64,000 nt of DNA from Amoebidium appalachense (taxonomy: Eukaryota; Protista; Ichthyosporea). The translations under genes were made by a program, and so were the position numbers. Positions 23,231 through 35,925 of the stretch are shown one piece after another. The stretch covers positions 13,535,928 to 13,599,927 of the forward strand of contig CAVNZM010000004.1 of NCBI GenBank assembly GCA_963693365.1, read 5' to 3'. How positions within the stretch are numbered: position 1 is the first letter of the stretch; every line of letters begins with the position of its first letter. A model generated the notes under the pieces. That model saw only the letters and a list, made by a program, of their open reading frames with translations, did no database searches and was not told the origin of the DNA.

Positions 23231-23873
23231 CTTGCACGTAAAAAGGTCCGCGAATAAGATGTTGTGAAAGCGTATATCCTTCGATGTTTTAAACTAGCGC
23301 TCGTTTTGTCCTGTATATTATATTTTTATTTCGTATATTCACCTTTTTTATACAGTTTACCTGTGAACCAAACACGATTAGAGATATATTCGCTAACAGC
23401 GCCAAAAGGTTCTGTTTTTCTTATGCTTGATTCTCGTAACATAAGATCGTATTTTGCGCAATGGCTTCACATAAATTATTGATGGCGGTTTTTTTATATC
23501 AGTTCACAGCGCTGTCATTTTCTACTTTTCTGATTCTTTTGTTCATGGCTGTGTTTGCACACGACGGTGTTTGCCTAGAGAAACGTAACACTCTCTTTTT
23601 TTTTTCTTTTTCTCTTGTTCACGACTGGGTTTGCACAGGACTGTGTTTGCGCAGAGAAACGTAACACTCTTTTTTTTTACTTTTTCCTTTGTTCACAACA
23701 GAGAACGTATTCGTAGCACTTTCTTTTTTTTTTCCTTTTTCCCTTGTTTTTTTTTTTTCCTTTTTCCCTTGTTCACGACTGGGTTTGCACACGACTGTGT
23801 TTGCGCAGAGAAACGTAAGACTTCCTTTCTTTTTTTCCCTTTGTTTATCCTTTTTTTTGTGAAAACTGTCACG

Positions 23874-25138
23874 ATGGATTATTCCCAGCAAGCTCCCGGG
23901 TCGGGGTCATACGAAACCAACATCAGCAAGTCCGCCGACCCCGTCACAACGCAAGCCCCCCCCCCATCCAACTCCCCCCCACACTCCGGCGGCGAAGTCC
24001 TCTCCCCATCCAACCCCCCCCACACTTCGGCGGGGAAGTCCCCCCCCCCATCCAACCCCCCCCACACTTCGGCGGGGAAGTCCCCCCCCCCATCCAACCC
24101 CCCCCCACACTCCGGCGACACTGCTCCCGTCGATCCAAAAATGTTCGAAGAGTACTTGGAGACTGTGTTGCAGTCGAAAGTAGACAGTGCCATTGCCTCT
24201 GCATTGGCAAAGGTCGGTACTGCGGCCACTGCACCCGCTGTCACCACCCCAACCACCGAATTGCAGGAGAAGCTGGAAGCCGCAGAGAAAGAATTACAAA
24301 CGAAGGATCACGACATCCAAATCCTTAAGGGGGAAATTGCCGAGCTAAAATCGGCGGCGGCCAAACAAAAACACCTTGCAGATGCAAAGGAACAGGTGTT
24401 ATCGGCAAAGAATCGGGACCTCGAAGGGCAGCTTGTTGGAAAGGTGGCCGATATCCTGGAGCATCAGGCTGAAGGGGAAAGATACCGGGCCGAGATTACC
24501 AAGCTTCAGTCACACATTGCGACCATGAGGGAATCATACCGTAGAACAATCGACGAGAGCACACAGAAACTTCGTGATTGGAATGACCCCCAGCCCCTCC
24601 CCGACATTACCGTCCAACACGGTCTCGCCCCCCCCCTCCCCCCCCTGGTACGACCAATCAAAATCCCATCCCCACCCTCCCCCCGCCCGGTACCACTCAG
24701 CCCAAAACCCCCCTCAACCTCCCCCTGCCCATTCTCCCCCTCCCCCCACCCGGTTTTTCCATGCCCGTACCCCCCTTCAATCCGTCCCTCACCACCGTTA
24801 CCAGCACCCAATCCCACACTTTTGGGGCCTCCATGATGTCGAACCCCTCTGCATATTCCCAGGGTTCAAAGAGAGGGGTGTCAGATAATTCTTTTGGTGT
24901 GTACAAACGGCACCGCCAGGAAGAGACGTCATTTGAGACGGCAGTAGATGAGGAATTGGAGGACATGATGGCTTTGGGCGAGAAGGTCGAGGGGAAGAAA
25001 GGGAAAGAAAGTGGTCGAGCAAAGAAACCAAAACCGAGTCAGAAACCAGCCCCTGCCCGCAGTGGCAGGACACGAGCAAAGCAAGTTTCAGATATACAGG
25101 TTATTCACGGGGACAGTGATGAAAACGATGAAGATTAG
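23874..25138 (+). CDS. Intronless ~420-aa protein: Pro/Ser repeats, long coiled coil, basic/acidic tail; frame breaks in C-runs at ~24.63-24.75 kb
   Basis: MDYSQQAPGS..., internal SNPPHTSAGKSPPP repeats, then heptad-like ELQEKLEAAEKELQTKDHDIQILKGEIAELK.... It continues in shifted frames to ...KRHRQEE...GKKGKESGRAKKPK...DSDENDED*. Confidence 0.65.
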
Positions 25139-25479
25139 GTTGGGAGTGGTAAGGGGTGTGTTTTGATTTTGTTGTATGTGTCAGGGGCTGGGTATGGCCA
25201 CAGGGGCTGGCTGATGTATTTTAATATATGACTGTTGATACTGGTAGCACCTTACGGTTTCTGTATTTATGTTAACGAGCATCTTATGGATCATAGCATG
25301 TAGGCATCTTTTTTTTTCTGGTTCTGGATGGTTTAGTATCTTGTGGTTATTATATATGTACAAGTCTTCTGGATGGTTTAGTATCTTGTGGTTATTATAT
25401 ATGTACAAGTCTTGTTTTGCTGTTTTCAACCGATTAAATATCGATTGTATACAAAGAAGTCCAGGTCCCTTTTGGTACA

Positions 25480-25615
25480 CACTTGCATGCACGTTCAAAG
25501 TCTCCCCCCCCCCCCCCCCCCCACACACACACACTCCCTCCCCATGCATGCATGCCCGTGTGGCACACAGTTTGTGTGCTTTCATAAGTCTATCGATGCA
25601 TGCACGTTCAAAGTC

Positions 25616-25650
<35 letters not shown>

Positions 25651-26394
25651 CCACACTCCCTCCCCGTGCATGCATGCCCGTGTGGCACACAGTTTGTGTG
25701 CTTTCATAAGTCTATTGCATGCACGTTCAAAGTCTCCCCCCCCCCCCCCCTCCCCCTCCCCACACTCCCTCCCCATGCATGCATGCCCGTGTGGCACACA
25801 GTTTGTGTGCTTTCATAAGTCTATCGATGCATGCACGTTCAAAGTCTCCCCCCCCCCCCCCCCCCCCCCCCCCTCCCCACACTCCCCTCCCCGTGCATGC
25901 ATGCCCGTGTGGCACACAGTTTGTGTGCTTTCATAAGTCTATCGATGCATGCATGCCCGTGTGGCACACAGTTTGTGTGCTTTCATAAGTCTATTGCATG
26001 CACGTTCAAAGTCTCCCCCCCCACCCCCCCCCCCCCCCCCTCCCCCCCCCCCACCCCACACTCCCTCCCCATGCATGCATGCCCTTGTGGCACACAGTTT
26101 GTGTGCTTTCATAAGTCTATCGATGCATGCATGCCCGTGTGGCACACAGTTTGTGTGCTTTCATAAGTCTATTGCATGCACGTTCAAAGTCTCCCCCCCC
26201 CCCCCCCACCCCCCCCCCTCCCCCCCCCCCCCCCCCCCCCCCTCCCCCCCCCCCCACCCCACACTCCCTCCCCATGCATGCATGCCCGTGTGGCACACAG
26301 TTTGTGTGCTTTCATAAGTCTATCGATGCATGCATGCCCGTGTGGCACACAGTTTGTGTGCTTTCATAAGTCTATTGCATGCACGTTCAAAGTC

Positions 26395-26457
<63 letters not shown>

Positions 26458-26608
26458 ACCCCACACTCCCCCTCCCCATGCATGCATGCCCGTGTGGCAC
26501 ACAGTTTGTGTGCTTTCATAAGTCTATCGATGCATGCATGCCCGTGTGGCACACAGTTTGTGTGCTTTCATAAGTCTATTGCATGCACGTTCAAAGTCTC
26601 CCCCCCCC

Positions 26609-26660
<52 letters not shown>

Positions 26661-26810
26661 ACCCCACACTCCCTCCCCATGCATGCATGCCCGTGTGGCA
26701 CACAGTTTGTGTGCTTTCATAAGTCTATCGATGCATGCATGCCCGTGTGGCACACAGTTTGTGTGCTTTCATAAGTCTATTGCATGCACGTTCAAAGTCT
26801 CCCCCCCCCC

Positions 26811-26855
<45 letters not shown>

Positions 26856-26945
26856 ACCCCACACTCCCTCCCCATGCATGCATGCCCGTGTGGCACACAG
26901 TTTGTGTGCTTTCATAAGTCTATCGATGTATATTGCATGCACGTT
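25480..26945. repeat. Compound satellite: ~52-bp core with an internal hairpin, alternating with variable poly-C modules
   Basis: gcatgcatgcccgtgtggcacacagtttgtgtgctttcataagtctat is repeated roughly 14 times; the core contains the inverted repeat GCACACA-gtt-TGTGTGC. Confidence 0.92.
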
Positions 26946-26954
26946 TAAAGTATT

Positions 26955-27350
26955 TATTTCCCCTCTTTTTGCACACACAGCTTTGCACACACAGCAACTG
27001 TCTTTTTATTGTATCCACTTTGGGTATGAAGCGCTGGCGCTGGGTTTGTCGTATACTCCACTTCGGGGCTTTTGTATGCAGCGCTTATTTCCCCTCTTTT
27101 TGCACACACAGCTTTGCACACACAGCAACTGTCTTTTTATTGTATCCACTTTGGGTATGAAGCGCTGGCGCTGGGTTTGTCGTATACTCCACTTCGGGGC
27201 TTTTGTATGCAGCGCTTATTTCCCCTCTTTTTGCACACACAGCTTTGCACACACAGCAACTGTCTTTTTATTGTATCATTTTGGGTATGAAGCGCTGGCG
27301 CTGGGTTTGTCGTATACTCCACTTCGGGTCTTTTTGTATGCAGCGCTGGC
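26955..27350. repeat. ~131-bp tandem repeat x3
   Basis: ttatttcccctctttttgcacacacagctttgcacacacagcaactg...gtatgcagcgc occurs three times. Confidence 0.92.
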
Positions 27351-27370
27351 GCGGTGACACGTCAATCGGA

Positions 27371-27643
27371 TTAAAAGTCCGAGTGACTTGTTTGTCTCAG
27401 AGCGGTGTCGTACTCCGCAGCACCCGTCTTCTTATTGAAATAGTATATGACTGCATACATCAATGGTGTAACCAATAAACATGTGAGGACAATAGCAGCG
27501 CTGACGTACACCAGATACATTTTGTTCACTTTCTCTCTAGCATTCGGTTCGGACTTCATTAAATTGTACCAGTGTATATTTGCAACGACACTGCATATAG
27601 ATATCACATAAAGAATGCCTGTGGTGACCGTGCTGTCGAACAT
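27371..27643 (-). CDS. Possible 90-aa two-TM small membrane protein
   Basis: MFDSTVTTGILYVISICSVVANIHWY...MYLVYVSAAIVLTCLLVTPLMYAVIYYF shows two hydrophobic segments. It is short and no family was recognised. Confidence 0.4.
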   Translation of the reverse strand: MFDSTVTTGILYVISICSVVANIHWYNLMKSEPNAREKVNKMYLVYVSAAIVLTCLLVTPLMYAVIYYFNKKTGAAEYDTALRQTSHSDF

Positions 27644-27947
27644 GTACGTGTACCTCACAAAACTTTCAGTATCCGACGTGTTACACCCCAAAAGTGACCT
27701 CTCTGAGATCTTGCCTGTGGTACAAACTCTTGATGCCGTGTTGCTCTTGTGTTTTACCAGTACCCCTCTCTCCAGATGCCGAATTTAGATTGGAATTCGT
27801 GAATACACCCATGTGATTGGTCAGTGGTTTGGCACCAAGAGATTGATTGATATGCCATCAACCAGTCAACAAAAAGTACTCGCTTTTACTTTTTGTCTCG
27901 CTTCACCCCAATCCAAGAACAGTGCACACCAAAACAAAACACTAGAA

Positions 27948-28430
27948 ATGGGAGACGCACTTTTGCGCCCCGATTCGGTTGACCCCGAACGATGCCCTGC
28001 ATTTGCACCCTCAAAAAAAGCCCAGTGCAAAAACAAAAAGAAAACATGCCCACACCACAAGGACGGCTTCAAGCCCTGGGTATGCTTTGCCCCTGCCACC
28101 GGTGTCCTCCTCTACAGCGACAACACCATCAACATCCTCCACCCCCACAAGGCCGGGGACTATGCTCATGCAAACCTCCTGCTGGACGACCTCCTGGCCG
28201 CCTTTACAGTCGCAGAAATGCAGCGCCCTCGCACCGAGCGCACCGGGGTACCCGCGCTGACTGTGTCCACTCCGGATCCACCCATGGGTGCACCACAGCC
28301 ACCGGTTGCAGCTGCAGCGGTGGGTGTGGGCAGGGAAAATGGGTACTGCCAGGGCAAAACCAAGGCTGGCAATCCCTGCAAAAACAGGGTGAAATCTACG
28401 ACCCATTGCCATAAGCACAAGCCCAAATAA
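27948..28430 (+). CDS. 160-aa intronless protein with two C3H zinc-finger motifs (DUF5763-like)
   Basis: N-terminal CPAFAPSKKAQCKNKKKTCPHH and C-terminal CQGKTKAGNPCKNRVKSTTHCHKH. The CxGxTKxGxxCKN...CxxH pattern resembles DUF5763, which is common in nucleocytoviruses. Confidence 0.7.
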   Translation: MGDALLRPDSVDPERCPAFAPSKKAQCKNKKKTCPHHKDGFKPWVCFAPATGVLLYSDNTINILHPHKAGDYAHANLLLDDLLAAFTVAEMQRPRTERTGVPALTVSTPDPPMGAPQPPVAAAAVGVGRENGYCQGKTKAGNPCKNRVKSTTHCHKHKPK

Positions 28431-28738
28431 AATAACCACCCACACACCCACACGTGCCAACATACACTATCCTCCCCGTGAGTGGCATGCCAGTCTCCCC
28501 AGCCCCCCTGCCCCCCAGCCCCCCTGCCCCCCCTGCCCCCCTGCTCCCCTGCTCCCCTGCCCCCCTGCTCCCCTGCCACATGCACACCCACACACTGGGT
28601 GCCCCCCCTGCTCCCCTGCCTCCCGGAACCAGGCCCCAGTGAGTGCTCACGTGCCTCCCCCTGCTCCCCTGCTCCCCTGCCTCCCGGAACCACGCCCCGG
28701 CGCAGTGGCAGCTATTTTTAGATATAGAGATTCAATGG

Positions 28739-28838
28739 CCACATGGCCAGATGGCCAGATCATTTTGCTCACCGTTTTATCCCGTTTTATCCACCTTTTT
28801 CCACACACTGAATTTGACCTGGCCATCTGGCCATCTGG
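28739..28838. repeat. ~24-bp inverted repeat (hairpin or MITE-like) near the presumed element end
   Basis: ccacatggccagatggccagatca (28739-28762) pairs with tgacctggccatctggccatctgg (28815-28838), 2 mismatches. Confidence 0.8.
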
Positions 28839-29742
28839 GTAGAGACCGTTTTCTGTTCTGATATTGGAGAACTGTCTGATAGTGATAGCAAATGTCATTC
28901 GAAGAACAATCGGGAAACCCCGTGGTGTGACAACCAATCAGAATGAAGCAAGCAACGCTTGCCTTTGCCTTTTTTGGCTACTGAGGTTTCTTGATTGGGT
29001 AATTTGTATCATCAATAGTGAAGCTATTTCGATTGGCTCTTCGAATCATCGCCTCATTGGGTGGAAATACACCAATTATCTTTCAAGAAAGCATAATTGT
29101 TATGTATTCCACAGAGTCTGTCTGGCGCTGAATCTTGACTGCAACCAATAAAAGCTGCAGCCGAGAGAAGCCTTGATCAGTCTTCCCTCACTCAGCGCCA
29201 CCTATACCCAACCCATCCCGCCCGCGTCTTCCTTTTTGCTCTCACTCAGTTTCTGTTAGCTTGCACTCACGATCGGCACTTAGATTTAGGGTAGTACTGC
29301 CTTGTGAGTGCAGGCTTTCATCTTTATCGATCTCTTTGCGATTGACTGGCAACTGATTTGCCGATCCCAGAGCCGATCTCAGCCGATCTCAGTTGTCAGA
29401 GCTCAAATAAAGTTGAAAGCATTTGGATTCTCAGAAGCCAATCGTTGGAATGTGTCGGCCCAGACCTGGCTGCGCTGAGCGCAGCAGGCTGCTGGCCGCG
29501 CCCGGCCGGCGGCAGGCTGACCGAGTCAGTGCTTGTAGCTCACAGTGAGTCTCGGTTCCGCATGAGGGATGATGCTGTCACCAGGATCCTGATGTTATGT
29601 GCGTTAGCAAGATGACCCTAAGGTAGTCTATGCATTTTATAGAAGGCATAGGCTCTAGACTGCTGTCCTTGCCGTCTGCTTTGTTAGGATCTTTTGGGAG
29701 TGCACCGAACGTTAACCACTTGAATTCAATCTCGTGGGGACG

Positions 29743-31337
29743 ATGGCAAGTTGTAAATCATTGGGCCAGACCAAGGGCTGGGCTTTTCAAGCCCTAGCAC
29801 TATGTGGTATAGTATGTGCAGTTAGAGCAGTGCCTGTAAAACTAGGTGCTACCACTAAACAGTTTCTTGTTCTCTCGGACTTTCACTTGGATCCTTATTA
29901 CAACACTGCCCAGGCATATGGGAGCTGTAAGGGGAACAGTCAGAGTTATGGTGCATACACGTGTGACTCGCCCATGGCACTTGTAGACAGAACAGTTCAG
30001 GTGGCTAAGATAGTGCTGCCTGATCCAACCTTTATTGCCGTGACGGGGGACTACGTGCGGCATTATGCTGACTACATGCCGGGCAAAGCAAACGACATCC
30101 TGTCTGCTGTCAAGAATGTTACCGATGCCATCAGTCGCCACTATCCAGAGGTAGGGGTGGTTTCTTTCCGGTCTGAGCAGGCTTTTTGCCCATAGAGGTG
30201 TTTGGCTACAACGCGAATTGCCTTTGATGTGGGACTTGCTGTCTAGTCTTGACACGTGTGCTTGTTTGGTGTTTCCCATAGACATTGGAGCAGAGACACC
30301 CACGAACGTTCAGACACCCAATCCCACACCACACAAACATCCACAGAGATCCATACTGCACCCGTACGTCTACCCACCAACGCACAAACAACCTATATAT
30401 CACGTGGATACGCACGCACATATGCGCATGTACTCACACACAATACACACACACACACACACACACACACACGTACACAGAAACATTCACAAGGAGAATA
30501 CATTTTTGGTGCTTCTTCACTCACGTCACTTCTAGCCAGATGTTTCTGCATATGGAGGCGTGTGGTACTCGATCTGTCACATACGGTGTAAGACTGCCCT
30601 AAGCTTATTCCCGGTTTATCCCCAGTCATCGTAACGGCCATGATGAACTGACAAGTTCTCTAGGTGGTGCAAAATCACGGTTTGGAAAACCTTCTGGGCA
30701 ACGATGACTTCGAGCACAACTACTACATCGGTATCCAGACGGGAGATCCATGGGCGGGGCCACCAAACGCCTACCTGACCCGCATGGCACAGCAAATATG
30801 GAACGACACCATGCTAGAGCCACGCATAACGTATTTCCCCTCCCCACTTTCTAAAAATGCAAATGCACAAGTCGCAAACATCCGATTTTCTTGTTATCCT
30901 TCATAAGCACCTCCGGCTTCTCCCCCCTTCTTCCTCCCACCTTTCTTGCTGTGCACACAAAAAAAAAAGGGGGAGGGGGGGGGGACACACCCCCATGGTG
31001 GCGGCCAACAAAAACCGGCTATAATTTCTGTATTAGATCCCCCCCCCCCCCCCCCCCCCCCCTCTCCCACCCCCTCGTCCTACTCTACACTTTCTGAGCC
31101 TTCCCTCCCTCCCTCCCCCCCCCCCCCCCCCCCCCCCCCCCCCGCCCCTCCCATCCCCTGGGATCCTTTTTTCGGTTCATACCCTACGGGATGGTGTTTC
31201 CTTCTGTGGTGTTTTTCCCTTTGAGCAATCCAGCACTCTCCTCTTCCTGGTTTCGACTGTGTCCAGCCTTGGCCCATTTCTGCAGTTGTGGGTTTCCCAG
31301 GCCTCCACTGTAACCCAGGTTCCCGCTTTGTTTGTCC

Positions 31338-31382
<45 letters not shown>

Positions 31383-32459
31383 AAGAAAAGAAAAAGAAAA
31401 GGAAAGATATTTACACTAGGACAACAGGCTGAATCAGAAAACTTCATGTTTACCCTTCTTTTTTCTCACGTTTTCCTCGTTGTGACCACCCACAGAACGT
31501 TCCAACGAGGTGGTTTCTACTCCCACGAGGTTGACGATGGGCTCCTCCTGATTGCCCTCAATACCATTCCCTACTCGACAAAACACTCCCCCGACACACG
31601 CTCCAATCCAGACCCTTTTGGCCAGTTTTCTTGGCTGGAATCTACACTTTCAGGAGCAAGAAAAAACGGAACAAAGGTGTATGTAATGGGCCACATCCCC
31701 CCAGGCCTGGACAGTTATGCACTGGAGCCGATGTGGGTGGAGACATATGCTGAGCGGTACAGGAAGATTATTGGCGACTATTCGGACGTGGTGCTTGCTC
31801 AGTTCTTTGCACACCTGCACGGGGATGAGTTCCGCACGTTTCCAGAAGGTATGTGTTGCTTATATGACATGATAATACTGCTGTCCGTTGTTACATTTTC
31901 CGTTTGCTTTGTGCCACTTGCCATATGCACCCACTTAGAAGAAGTCTCGTATACGCATGCATATGAGCAACAATTTACTGAACTTCTGTGTGTTTTTGAA
32001 GGGGGGAAAGGGGAGGGAGGGGGGGGGGGGGGGGGGTGATCTGTATTTTTTCCATGTGCGTCGCTTTCCTTCTCATTATTTGCAGGCTTCCACTTTGCTC
32101 TCCAATATCCTATCCCCCCCCCCCCCCCCCCCCCCTTTCCCCCCTTCACAAACACACACTAACGCTTACACACACATTCATTCATGCAGATGTTCATACT
32201 CACACATGCACACACCACACGTAAACAATCATACCCAACTTTTTTTAAAAACTGCCAATCTACTGCCAACCCCACGCACACAACTACCGCTCTCCACAGC
32301 GTGTGCACTATTACTCTGTTAATTTCTTGTTCTTTCTCACGGTTGTGCTTCTTATGCGGTAATCTTCGACCCGACCAGTAACTTCTTTACACACCCCATA
32401 CCACTCATGCACGGACATACACACACACGCGCGCGTACACACACACACACACACTCTCA

Positions 32460-32498
<39 letters not shown>

Positions 32499-33081
32499 AC
32501 ACGTACACGTACACACACACACACGCACGCACACACACACACAACCCACAACCCACAACCCACAACCACGTGCGTACATGCGCGCTCACACAACAGGAGA
32601 ACTTTCATAACACACTTTAACCTCCAGACTCACTCACACACAACACACACACCTTCCCCTCGGCCCCCCTCCTACTCACAGGCACTGCCGCCTTTGGTTC
32701 GGCCTCACCGCTCTTCATCACGAGCTCCGTGTCTCCCGTCTACACAAACAACCCCTCCTTCCGCACCGTCACCTACGACCCAGCCACCAAGAAACTAACA
32801 AACTACGCTGTGTATGCCGTCGACCTATCGACCCTGGGCACAGGACATGAACAGTGGCTGGGGGAGTATAAAGCCGTGGAATATTTCGGGCTATCATCAT
32901 TGGATAACGCCTCTTTCCGGAATTTGGCCAAGAGCTTTCTGGCTGACGATGCGGCTTGGGATAAGTTTAGAGAGGTGGGTCGTGTGCTCCCTTCTGTCTG
33001 AGGCAAGACAAACTATATATATATGCCACCCACTTTGTTGTTTGTTCACACATCCCCTCCCCCCCCCCCCCTCCCCCCCCT

Positions 33082-33113
<32 letters not shown>

Positions 33114-33420
33114 CCACCCCCACACACACACACACACACTTTCCCCATTTGGAACCCTTTTAGCCTAGCTAACATTAAAACACCTGATAGAATTTTTTTT
33201 AGTGATCCAACTATGGCAGTTGTGTTCTCTGAGCCTCATGTCGTTTTCTCGCTCAGAGTTCCCAAACGTCCAAATTGACTTCCAATGGGCCGTCTTGTGC
33301 CTTGCACCAGTTTTGTATATTCTAAATCATGCCCCCCCTCCTTCTTTTTCGTTTTTTGTACTAACAGTTCTGCTTGATTTGTTTTCACCCCTAGTGCATT
33401 GCCCTCCCTTCCCCCCCCCC

Positions 33421-33462
<42 letters not shown>

Positions 33463-34036
33463 TCGCCCCCCCCCCCCCCGTCCCCGTCCGTTCCTCCGCC
33501 CCTGTCTCACTGGCTCCTGGTTTCCAATGAATCCCAGTACTGGTGCTCTCTCACATGTCTCCATTATGCTGTTTGTGGGGAGCTTGACTTTTTGCCCCCC
33601 CCCCCCCCCCCCCCCTTTTCCCCCCCGACCGCGGCCGCCGCCGCCCCCGTGTCCACCTACCCTGGTATGACCATCACCGCCACCCCCTCGCCCGGTCCTC
33701 CTGAGCCAATTGAGCTCATACAAATCACTGTCTTCCGACACAACCACCAACACTCAATACCTTCATCCCCCCTGGTTTACCGTTTCTACCATTCTGCCAT
33801 ACCCACTATTTGATACAGAGCCATTGTGCTGGATGTCTGTACACCCCTTGTTCAACTATTCTGCATGTGCTGACCCTCCCCCTCCTCCCCTCCCTCCTCC
33901 TACCCAGGTTTACAAGGCCATGGTGCCGCAGCCTGCCTGTATGGGCAAGTGCCGGGTGCAGCAGGTGTGTGTGATGCTCAGCTTCACACAGGCTGACTTC
34001 AACCACTGTGTGCAGATGAACGGCAACATCCTCTAA
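29743..34036 (+). CDS. Acid sphingomyelinase-like / SMPDL3-type secreted metallophosphoesterase (calcineurin-like)
   Basis: Exons 29743-30150, 30664-30830, 31496-31848, 32682-32974, 33908-34036. It has a signal peptide and the motifs [72 protein letters not shown], and a C-terminal CxxxC...C...C. Confidence 0.9.
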
Positions 34037-34611
34037 CAGCCTCGGCCCACCTATGCAGTCACAGCACACAATTTGTGCTTAGGTGCAACTGCAAGGTATA
34101 ACGACCCCAGCTAGGCAGTCTAGTGTTCAGGGCTTGGATGCAACAGTCACCTGTAAGGTCCTTCGAATGAGCCTGAAACTATCATTGGTCGTTGCTAGGT
34201 TGCAGTAGCTGTTTCCTGAGATTTCCCACCATTTTTGTATACAGCTACTGTATATGACGGTCCATGGCTTTGTGATTTTCACCTCTTCTCGACACGATCA
34301 AACTTTAAATTGCTGTATTTATATTAGTATTAGAGCTGTTTTATATTATGGTGTACGAAGTGCCAAGCAGTTGAGACCTTGCAGTGGGCATATATTTTCT
34401 TACCGTAACTTCACATGCAGTACAATTAATCTGGTATACATTGCAATAGGCTGCACTGGTTGCATGTGCACACATGATGGCAAAAAAGGAAGTAAAGAGG
34501 AAACTGCGACTGCCCATCATAATCCCCCCTTCCCCCCCTCCCTTCTCTCCTCCGCTTCCCTGCACATACACGCACACACATGCGCGTGCACAGACGGTCA
34601 CTCCCCCATAT

Positions 34612-34919
34612 ATTTTTCTTGCTTCTGCTTACTGCTGCAACTTTAACCCCCGGCCTTTCCCACTGCCCTTGCCTGCATAAGCAACCCTGCTCGTCTCTGA
34701 TCAAGACGGGTGACCTACTCATGTTCAAGTGAAACAGTATCTGAGTTGGGTTTCGTTAACGAGGGGAATAGGTCGAAACTCGGGTACTGTGGATGACGTG
34801 GGCCCCCCCTGAGGATGGGCTCTGCTTATTATGCATACTCTTTATGTATGGCTTGCATTCTGCATCGTGTTATCCGTTTGTTCTTGTGTACTTCGTACTT
34901 TTTGACGCATTCAAAACCC

Positions 34920-34920
<1 letters not shown>
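34612..34920 (+). mobile_element. Dispersed ~305-bp repeat (SINE-like), copy 1, followed by poly-C
   Basis: Near-identical reverse-complement copy at 49668-49974. Confidence 0.75.
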
Positions 34921-34950
<30 letters not shown>

Positions 34951-35130
34951 AAAAAAAAAAAACTAAAAAAAAACTTTCCGCAGGCTAAATCTGACTAAGC
35001 ATAAAGCACATGCGAGCATCACTATGATAGGGTAGTGGCGAACCTGCGGAAGGTACCGCGCCAGACGGAGAGATATCGATCCCCCCCCCCCCCCCCCCCC
35101 CCCCCTTCCCCGCGCCCTCCCCTTACACAC

Positions 35131-35170
<40 letters not shown>

Positions 35171-35630
35171 CGTCCTTCCTGGCTCTCTCCCTCTCTTTCT
35201 CTTCCCCCCTCCCCCTTCTCCCCCCCCCCCCCCCCCCCCCCCCCCCCTTACTAGGCCTCCCGACACCACCCTGTAGCCACCAAAAGGTTTTGCTTTCTTT
35301 TCTTTCTTTTCTTTTTTTCCCCTTTTTTTTCCTGGCTTGTTGATTGATGTCCTTGCTTACATAAGTGTTGTGCCCACCTTAGGAGAATGCATTCTCCCCC
35401 CCCCCCCCCCCCCCCCCCCTTCTTCCCCATTAAAAACTAAAAGGAACTCTTTTTTTCCTGATGAACACTTGGAATTTTCAAAGAAGTCCTTATACAGTTT
35501 TCATCTCCTTAGATCTTTCCTTATTATAGTTTTGATGATCATCGATCTTTATGCCTTTTTTTTTTTTGGAATTATCCGAAATCTCCTCGATCCTGAGGGA
35601 TTAAAAATCTATTAATAGACTTTCTTTCCA

Positions 35631-35695
<65 letters not shown>

Positions 35696-35744
35696 CCACG
35701 TGTGTGTGTGTGTGCGTGTGTGTGTGCGTGTGTATGTGTGTGTA

Positions 35745-35781
<37 letters not shown>

Positions 35782-35808
35782 GTATGTGTGTGTATGTGTG
35801 TGTATGTA

Positions 35809-35870
<62 letters not shown>

Positions 35871-35892
35871 CGTCTGTGTGTTTTGTGTGCAC

Positions 35893-35925
<33 letters not shown>

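Noticed and set aside
34690-34825. Hammerhead ribozyme in the dispersed repeat (ctgatca...gaaac; ctgaggatgg)
   Set aside because: CTGATCA breaks the CUGANGA core, and the CTGAGGA motif has no properly placed stem II/GAAA.
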